64,000 nt of DNA from Chrysomallon squamiferum. Lineage: Eukaryota > Animalia > Mollusca. The position numbers and the translations under genes are program-made. Location of the stretch: positions 15,190,001-15,254,000 of the forward strand of contig CM022673.1 in assembly GCA_012295275.1 (NCBI GenBank), written 5' to 3'. This document shows positions 54,038 to 64,000 of this stretch, piece by piece. The first letter of the stretch is position 1; every line of letters starts with the position of its first letter. A model generated the notes under the pieces. The model worked only from the letters and a program-made list of their open reading frames with translations. It was not told the origin of the DNA and ran no database searches.

Positions 54038-55269
54038 AACAATAACAATAACAGTTCTAGCTCATTAGATGACAAAAGATCAAGATAAAGACTGAGACAA
54101 AGCTTATTTACTGCGAATGCACATGTCCGTCTTGAAATAAGTGTATTATCACCAAGACCCATCCGTCGAATGTTCGCATTGTAAATTTAAACAGACCGCT
54201 GCTTAAATCTGCTAAGATTGACAGCGTAAATAAATGGTATGTAGTTACGGTGTTCTACTTGCCACAAGACAATTACTATAGCTAATGGCAAATGTCGCAA
54301 GCAGACGTTCTGCCATCGACTGGTCTGGTCATCAGTAAATCAAGTAAACTATCCAAACCAAATATTGCTGACAGATTCTGGGGTCTGAACACATTTTTTC
54401 AAGCAAAGATTCAGACACAGCTTCTAAAAATAGCTTGTACAGGACCTAGGAAAGCGTATCACTTGATTTTTTCATTTCCTGAAACTCATTTGATTATACT
54501 ATTATCCTGAATTTTTTCAAACTTACCTTCTAAGATCATTGGATACTTTAGACATTACGAAACAATTTTTCTTCTTGACGATCATTTACACATTCATATT
54601 TAGACAAATTTGATGATATGGTGATAGTATTATAGATACAAAACGTAACCGTTATTTTTTTATATTTGTTTGCTAAACATTCAATATGCTATGAAGGTTA
54701 GAGAACATAACTTACAGAAATGAAATTATTTTACCTGTAAACATTTTATGAAAATTTTGGATGGTATCTTTATTACATCTTGTAGTGTAACTGGCTAAGC
54801 CAGAAAATCCTAGTAATTAAGAAAAAATCATTTCCATATCCTTTACTTCACTGGGTGAAGATATTTTGAATAGATGTACGTTAAACTGTTTACTACTTGG
54901 CACATTTCCTAGACAATTAGGCATGCCCGAGTCCTATGCTGGTAAAGATATGGACATTTCTACATACATTTTCCTTTTATATCGCCTACGGTTAAAAGAT
55001 ATTGACCTTTGGTGGCTTGAAAGACGTACATGTCTTAAAGTTAGAAATAATTGTTCTTCGTGAATATTCATATTATGTAAATATGCTAATTCCGAGTACA
55101 AATTGATCTTAATTCTAGCTATTCATTGTAACATAATTTAAATTCAATAGTTTGCATCTCTGCACTTTACAGCCAGCGATCTGTTTGACTGGTGATCTTG
55201 AACGTCATACATCAATAGAAATGTGTATAATTTGTATCACGATTTAGATCTCTCGAGTGTTCTTATATT

Positions 55270-55790
55270 TACCATTAAACTAATTAGGCAAGAGTAAGAT
55301 TTATCACTGGTTGTCAAGCTTATATATGTATTTTTTTAATATCAACTGTTTCAAAACTCATGACAGCAATGGTCATATCTAAGGTCTTGTGATGAATAAA
55401 TATGATGTGAAATTCTATCTGAAGATAACCAAATGGTACTTTAAGGTGTATACAGAATTTATCATAGGCTGTCAAACTTATGTATATTTCTTTTAAATAT
55501 CACGCGTTTAAAAACTCATGTCAAAACTAAGATCTTGTAGATTCGATGATAAACAGTGATGTAAAATTATATCTGGAAATAACCCGATAGTACTTTAAGA
55601 TGTATGTCGAATTTATCACTTGCTTTTAAGCTTTTTTCTTCTTTTCTTTTTTTCTTTTTCTTAAATATCTTTTGGTTCAAAACTCATGAGAGTAACGGTC
55701 ATATCTAAGGTTTTGTGGATATGATGAATAAATACTGAATAAATATTGAATCAGTTATTTCCGGAGATAAACCAATAGTATGTTAAAGTG
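55270..55790. repeat. Three diverged ~170-bp tandem units
   Basis: Recurrent atttatca...aaaactcatg...ctaag...ataacc...tactttaa blocks. Confidence 0.7.
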
Positions 55791-57608
55791 CTAGAGTTCA
55801 GTGATTAGAATGTAAGAAGAAATCAACATTGGATCAATTCTCCCTGAGACAAGTTATACGCTTTCTTGTTTGTGAAAAGAAGCATGTAAAAGACACCTTG
55901 TTGCTAATCGATAAAAGTACTATTTCTCTCGAATGATAGACACCAAATAAGAATAAGATCAGAATGTATTGAGATACGATAAGTAAATATACATCATTTC
56001 AGCCATTTCTTAGCTCAAAAGGTGAAGCAAAGATCTTAAGATATGTGAAACCTGTGTAATTTACCGTCTTCTACGACGTGTCAAGGTAATATACGTCTTT
56101 AAAATGAAAACCAAACCCGTGAAAATTTGCAATCTGAATCTGTGACAGATTTATTTCAGGTATCAGTTATATCTGCTCTCGGAACTCTTCCATCAAACAT
56201 AATATCATTCCAGTTTGAGAAATGAATTGGTCAAAATCGATATTGATTTCTGATATCTGATATGTCATACGAACATTACCGTGGTATAGTTAATTATCTT
56301 TTCAGGGTTAAAACAAACAAACTAATTCATTGATTTAATATAAATGGTAATTACAGCTGGGCATTTGTAAGAATAAATGTCATTTACGGATGAAGACATT
56401 TTGGTAAAAGGATGTAATTTCTGTAATGATATCTGAACAGGGGAAATGAACTTTGCATGATATTCGAAATATATATTTATATCTGATTTTTATGGTTATG
56501 ATTTTAATGTTGCTACTGTTTACATTTTCTCATCTTCAGTATAATGTGATTATCATGGTCACCATTATCATTATGATCATCATCATCATCATCTTTATCA
56601 TCATGGATTATTGACAAATTTCAAATAGGAAAGTTTCACTAATTAACACTGGTATCTGGGAAACTGTTAGTGATGTGGCAAAACGCTACCAGAGAGAACC
56701 ATGAAACAAAATTACTTAGCGCCTAAGACTGGGTCACCTCAGTAAGTTACAACATTTACACAAAAACGATGATTTTGCAGAACGGGACAATTTAAATGTA
56801 AATTATTCGTTTACCCATAGCGATCTGGGAAATATCTGGTTGTTAGTACGTCCATACATATAAACACATTACTGTCCATTTTCATTCTGAATTGATATCA
56901 GAAATGAATAACTAAGAATGTTAGATTGGATCAGTCCTTCTCCGTTCCCGTAATGGAAGATTAGCATTAATTATAGTATTAACGATTATTAAAAGTGAAT
57001 GAGCAAGGAAAACTCTCTTGAGAAATTACTAATATTCTCACCTCTTCTCTTAAGGAAACGATGCAAGATCAAATACACGTAGTTTAAATCTATGATGAAC
57101 ATATTTTACGTTTCAATTGTCTTTCCTTTGGAAATTTTCTTTCTGTACTCTGAAAATTATTCATAACATAAAATTGTCTCTAAAGTATTCGGAATGTGCT
57201 GTTTCTAGCAACATGTAGACTTTTGACGATTAACAATTGAATATTACGTAAAATATTACTCGATGTGTTATTTCAGTATGTTTCTATGACTACAATAAAA
57301 AGGGTGTCGTTTATTTTAAATTAGTATCTGAGCAATTTCTTTGATTGGATACAATAATTATTTTCCTTTCATCCTCTTGACACAACGATCAGAAACTCAC
57401 TTTTAATCAGTGAAGTGTGTCATTATATTGACTGAGTGTGTAAATGTATAAATTAATATTAGGACTAACAGACTTTTTCGATTTCTCGATCATTACACGT
57501 GAACTTGCATTCTGAAGTTTAAAACCATAATCGCATACATATGGGAATTTGTTATACACTAAGCGGATGTATATTTATGAATGCACGGGCATAAATGTGT
57601 ATAATGCG

Positions 57609-57639
<31 letters not shown>

Positions 57640-57661
57640 GTATATATATGTGTGTGTGTGT

Positions 57662-57707
<46 letters not shown>

Positions 57708-58647
57708 CTGTATATATATATATGTCTGTAATCCAGTTTTATCTCTCGTCATATTTATGCATTTCATATGTTAGACACCAAATAATCGTTGACATTAGAA
57801 TATACTAAATGAATTATGGTAAATATCACCTCATACGTTTGTGAATCAAATACCGAACATTCTAAGAGAAAAGCAGAAGAACCAAATGTCTAGTTTGTAA
57901 TTTGAATCTGTGACAAAATTATGACAGGTATCAGTGACATGTAACTCCTATGTCAAAGACTTTCACCCCACATAAATGCAGTGACAAAGAAACAGAAATA
58001 CATATAGTTGTGTATGTATAAGTGTGTGGACGTGTGTGCGTGTGTTTGTGCATATATATATATTATGGAAATAGTTAAGTAGACATATGCATATTGATAT
58101 TATCTCTCTTTCTCTGTCTCTCTTACTCTCTCAGTGTCTCCTTCTCTGTTTAATATGATTCATTCAAACAAAATAAAATAAGTAAACGAAGGATAAAAAG
58201 AAGAAATACAAATAATCAGCAACAACAATACGAAATATTCTGCATGCAAAACTAATTTGAACTTATAATGTCACTGGAGGATTATCGTCTCTAGGGACGG
58301 TGTATTCGCTCGGTCATCATTCTCTGCAGAAGTAATATAAATTCAGTATCACCGAGTTTATTTAGGATCAGTTTATACCCCTTTTTTTTTTTTTTTTTTT
58401 TTTTAATGAATTAGAATAAAATCTAATTTCACAAATTTATTGACTGAAAACCGACCAAAATTTACGTTCTTCAAATGACGTTTTTGTATCCAGTTGAGAT
58501 GAGAGTTGCGACATAATAGATTATGTGCTATTCTGAAGCTTTTGAATTGGTGGATCAGTCTTGTAATATGTGTCCTTTGTTCCTTTTCCCGTTATAACCA
58601 GTATCCAAGATGTATTTATCAAATACTGTGGTTTATATTTATTATCC

Positions 58648-58717
<70 letters not shown>

Positions 58718-59716
58718 GTGCCTGCCTGTATGTTTATATATGTGTTTGTGTGTCTGTGTGTGCATTTTATATGCGGATCAATCAATAAACTGAACTATAC
58801 TGGAGGAAAGAAAAGCTGTTGTGTGTGTGAGAGTGAATTATTAAAGAGCAGATAGACTTAACTGTTCAGCTAAGAGTGCAATATTACCTTTCCTTATCAC
58901 AAAGCAGGCACACTATAAGCTTCCAGTATCGTAATTTAGTTAGCATGAAACGAATCTAAATCATATCTAGGATGATTCTGAATGCCAATAACAGAAAACT
59001 GGAACATCATTCAACCGCCCCCGCTTTCTTCAATATCAGTCTGTGAAGAATAGAGCCGATAGAGATTCACCATGCCAGAGTAAATATTTCATCTAGAATT
59101 TAGGGCAGATCTAGGGTGGGGGGGCCCGGCTGCTCTGTCTTTGTGTTTTTTGTTTAATTCCAAACAATATCTATTTTTTATATACTCATTTCGTTTTATG
59201 AAAGATTACCCTCAGAATAATGACACCCCTATCCTCTCTCAGAAACCGTAGACAAACTTCTTTCATAGGAATCCAACACAGAAAACAAGTGAAAAATAAA
59301 ACTGCTTGACTGTGCCAATTTGTCGAGTTTGTTGACAGGAAAATGAAATCATCGACCAAGATTTAAATTTGTATTACCACCATTGACGAACACTGTTAGC
59401 GTTGATTGCCAGTTTCCGCCACCAGTCGATTTCTCGTGGACTGGTCGGTACAATGAAGACGCCATAGATAACGTGAAACGATTCTTAGGAAATAATGGAT
59501 TCTTGTTTTCTTCTAATAATGCTTTTCGTGAGGTTTTTTTATTTTTTATTTTTTATATAAATTAGGAGTGAAATGAAATTCGTCTTAGAAGTAATTGTTT
59601 GTTATTATTGAAAGAAAGTGGATGTGCCTGTACTTTATTTCAAAATCAAAATAAAATGTTTTGATAACAAACAATGTAGAAGTAATGTAAAAAGAATAAG
59701 ACACCCTAAATAAATA

Positions 59717-59755
<39 letters not shown>

Positions 59756-60072
59756 AAAATGCTGAGTTTAAAAAATTCCATATAAAAACTTGGACAATGG
59801 ATTTTAGGCTCTAATATATTTCGCAAACATCTCAGCCAGTAGCTTATAATAAAACTATTTCCAAATTTAAGCTGAATGTTATTCACTAGATTGAGCGCTA
59901 ACGAAAAATTAATTATCTCAGCTTAGATTAAAGTAGAGGTGTACTAATTAATATGGACAGAAAACAAATAATTTTCATTATAAACAATATTTAAGCGGGC
60001 AGAAACAAAAGCTTAATTTTCTTTTATCGTTTAAATTTACTGTAATGATTAATAAGCGATATAAGACCAAAT

Positions 60073-60171
<99 letters not shown>

Positions 60172-60938
60172 ATATACATTTCCGTCACTGTCTCTCTCTC
60201 TTTCTCCATATTAAAAATATATTACAGATAAAGCATGATAATTCTAGTTCAGTATGTATTATCCTTAATGCATACTTAATACATTAATAGTGAAATGAAG
60301 CAGTCTTTTTGTAGCTTTATTCGGCGAATTACAAAAAATTAAACATCCCACCGAAATTGATTTTCAGATCCATGGATATTTATTAGCATATTACTTTCTG
60401 AATTACCCTTCTTTGACGCTACTTAGGATGAAAAAAAATTAATTTTTTTTTTTTAAATTCTGTTTAATCGAGTGAAAACAAAATCTGTTTTTGCTTTTTA
60501 TCCAGTTAAATTAAAATAATTAAATAGTAGAGTAATTAGCCATAGATATTTAGGCATATCTGGACTATTTTAGGCTAGATGTTCGGTGATTTTAGTAAAA
60601 AAGCAAGCAAAATAAAATCGCCAAAAATGTCGATGATTCGGACACGATCACTGTTTATAGGATACAATTATAGAATTTCTACGGTTTCTGAGTTAAAGTC
60701 ACGTCAGCTAATGAAATGATGTCTGTTCATGTTATATAAAGGTCAGTTACAGTATTAAAGTTTCATTATGAATTTTGTTTAACCGAGCAGAAACAAAAAC
60801 GTAATTTGTTTTTATCCGGTTAAATTTACCGCTGTGATTAATCAAACTTTAAAAAATAGCATATTTTGAAGAATAAATCTTTTTGTTTCTTTGTTTTTAT
60901 CGTTTGATTTTTCTTCTTCTTCTTTTTCATTGTTATTG

Positions 60939-61000
<62 letters not shown>

Positions 61001-61473
61001 ATTTATTATTTTTTTTATTAAATTTTATTTTATAAGATTAATAAAATTTTATTTGAGAAACACATTCTTCGATAAACAAAATAACAAAATGAAAATCTCT
61101 TCCATATGTTTATAAAAGAATTATTCATAATCGGTTAAAATTGTGAGGGTTATTAGTCGTGACAGCACCGCGTTGTGATAAAAATGCTTGGATAGCCTGG
61201 CTTTTTCAAACTTTAACTGAGTTGAAGTACTTGAAACATGCGGAATTAGCAAAGTGCATCTTAGACATGTTGTTGGCAGGAAGCTTCTGACGTTCGCAAC
61301 TATCTTGTCAATACCCTGCATTTCTTGACAACTTTATTACCCCTCTTAGACATTTTGTTTTTCGATCGTCATGAACCGAAATGCACGTTTTTAAATCAGG
61401 CTGACAGAAAAACAAGAAAGAGAGAGAATTATATCAAGGCTAAATTTTAAGTTGGGGTGAATTTTTTTATCTT

Positions 61474-61509
<36 letters not shown>

Positions 61510-62320
61510 GTACTTCATTAAAGAGTGAAAAACAAAAATGAAAAAAAAAAGAATACGAAACTTGAATGTGATCAAGAGAGTTGGTTTTAGAAAAATAGAA
61601 ATGTTATATCAGTGGGAGTTAGATAATTTTAGCAAATATTTTAAATATTAGATCATTTTAATTAGAACCAAAGCAAAATCAAACACAGTGTTAGGATATA
61701 CGCAAAACTGCGAAACTTTACTAGGAATTAGAAGCCTTATTGAAACCAGAATGTTATTAAATTAGCCTTAGATTTTTAAACGTATGTAGAATATTTTTGG
61801 CAGGACATTTGGTGCTTTATAATAATAAATCAAACAAAATATAATCGCCAAGAGAATCGAAGATTCTAATACGATCATTATCTATCCAGGTTCTTGTTAA
61901 AGTTACAATGAGCTAATATGATCATGGTTTTTTTATGTTAATTACAGGTTAATATCACCAATCAAACGTTCTCTGTACCTTGCCTTGGTTATTGTAGATT
62001 TCAATGTAGCAGTAACAGAATTAAAAATATTTTAAAATTAATGTGAAATTAGTTTATTTTTCATCCTTGTATACATTATGATTCTAAAAACAGTAAATAT
62101 TGATAAGTTATATCTGTATGTACGTATTTTAAACGGTTTGCTTGGGCTTTCCTGAAATTACAACTAATAATAAACATGATTAATGGAAATTTAAGTTACA
62201 AAAACACCAGAGCTCTTATCGGTCAGACTGGTCTAGGGTATACAGGCACTGTGAAAGTTTAATTGTCTGATGCATATTGCTAACAAGTTTGATTCGAAAA
62301 ACATGAACTAAATGAATAAA

Positions 62321-62352
<32 letters not shown>

Positions 62353-63659
62353 AATAATAATAATAATAATGATAATAATAATAATAATAATAATAATGAT
62401 AATAACAACAATAACAATAGCATTAATAATAACAACAATAATAATAATAAGAGCAAATATAACTATTATAACAGTGACTACAACAATAATAATAATGATA
62501 ATAATGATGATGATTTTGGATGATGATGATAGTAAAAACATAAAAAATAAGTATTAAAGTTCATATGATTTACAATAGTCACAAATTAACCTAATTTGTT
62601 ATTAAGACATATATTCTATTCCACTTAAAGTCAGAACAAATATATATATATAATAGAAAAATTATATTACACGATTTGAATTTAATATTGTTCGTTACTT
62701 ACATTTTCATTAAAAAGTATAATAGCTAAGACAAAAAGAGCAATAAGAAAGAGGTTGAAAGCACACACACACACACACACACACACATTAAACACGATCA
62801 ATAGATGTCGGTAGAAACTATAACTTACGTCTTTTCGTCATTGACACTGCTGTTATGATAAATCAGACAAAATGCGACTTCCTGCTTTTCGTATTATTTT
62901 TTTAACCGATTATTTTCTTAGTTTCAGTGCAGACTGCGGTAGACTGTAATTTTTGGAAAGAAAACTTTTGAGAATTAAGTGCATGCGGACAAATGCTGTG
63001 TCGCTGTTTGGAAGCGGCATAATCTTTTCGAAATCAAGTCGACATTTCCTGAATAAAGCATCGAGTTACTGCAGGTTAAATAAGATTTCTCGTTATCAGC
63101 GAGTTTATCGTTATTTTAACATGTCTTGCAGACTATACTGTAAAAAGAAAGATGTAGCTGACCAGCAGCTTCTGACGTCATTGCGCTATATTTATGAGAT
63201 AATATATGTGCTGCCAAGATGTTTTTTAAAAACATTAAATTAAATAGTTAAGTATAGAATAATATTAGATGTACAGCTTTTACAAAAATTAGTTCAAATC
63301 GGTACTCATTTTAGGATCACAATATATTAAATGTAAATTGTCGTATATGGACGAGTCTCACTGACATAATTTATTTCCATTCATCTGATTTTAATATATG
63401 TAACCTCTTTCGAAAAAAGAAAAAAGAAGTAATAAGATAAAATATATATATATATATATCATTCGTAATCAGAAGGTGTTCTTATTTCAGTTGCAAAAAC
63501 TAGTTTCAGCAATTTAACATTTAATGATACTAATACATTGCCAGTACTTACGTATTTGCTATTTTATATGCAATATAATTAACGATTAGAACAGATTATT
63601 ATATCTTAACATTTTTATTGTTATAAATGGAGCATTCTGAACGTCTGAAACAAGATTGC

Positions 63660-63900
63660 ATTATAATATTAATAACCAATAGGCATTTTATTTTAGATTC
63701 TTATATTTGTATACTTTTGTATTGTTAAAAATGGAACATTTTCAGTATGAAACAAGGTTAATTTTACATTATAATCTTAATAATCAAGACGGATTTTGTT
63801 TTAGATTCTTATATATTTGTACCTCTGTATTGTCTTTAATGGGAAATTCTTAGTCGGAAACAAGGTTAATATTATATCATAATCTTAATAATCTACAGAC
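63660..63900. repeat. Diverged ~110-bp tandem repeat
   Basis: ttttagattcttatat...gaaacaaggttaat...ataatcttaataatc occurs twice. Confidence 0.7.
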
Positions 63901-64000
63901 GATGTAGTTTCATCTATAAACAGTTCTTTCACCTATAGTCATTTAGCAACTGGAATGTACAATATAATGTGTTCCACTTTACATATAATGCATTTTCTTT

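Noticed and set aside
52960-54810. Possible minus-strand exons with plausible splice sites (~52961-53225 and ~54735-54809)
   Set aside because: Could not be joined into a coherent reading frame; needs transcript data.

Overview
AT-rich, microsatellite-dense eukaryotic (invertebrate-like, possibly molluscan) genomic DNA with three parts. (1) 1-17 kb is a cluster of I-group (I/Nimb-like) non-LTR retrotransposon copies around a ~2.4-kb-armed inverted repeat. It includes one full-length copy (7208-13978) with an 11-bp target-site duplication and a structured 3' UTR. (2) 21310-32560 is a near-identical second copy of 7845-21109 across a 200-N gap, probably the other haplotype. (3) 34719-48149 (+) is a 15-coding-exon host gene that the ORF track does not assemble and that I spliced by hand. 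It encodes a ~553-aa protein: signal peptide, six tandem 6-Cys modules (each from a phase 1-2-1 exon pair), a charged/Pro-Thr stalk and a GPI-type C-terminus. The Cys spacing resembles the RGM N-terminal/neuritin-type helical bundle. The remainder is intergenic, with a MITE, a decayed FLYWCH (Mutator-like) remnant and simple repeats. No database searches were run, so family assignments rest on motif recall.
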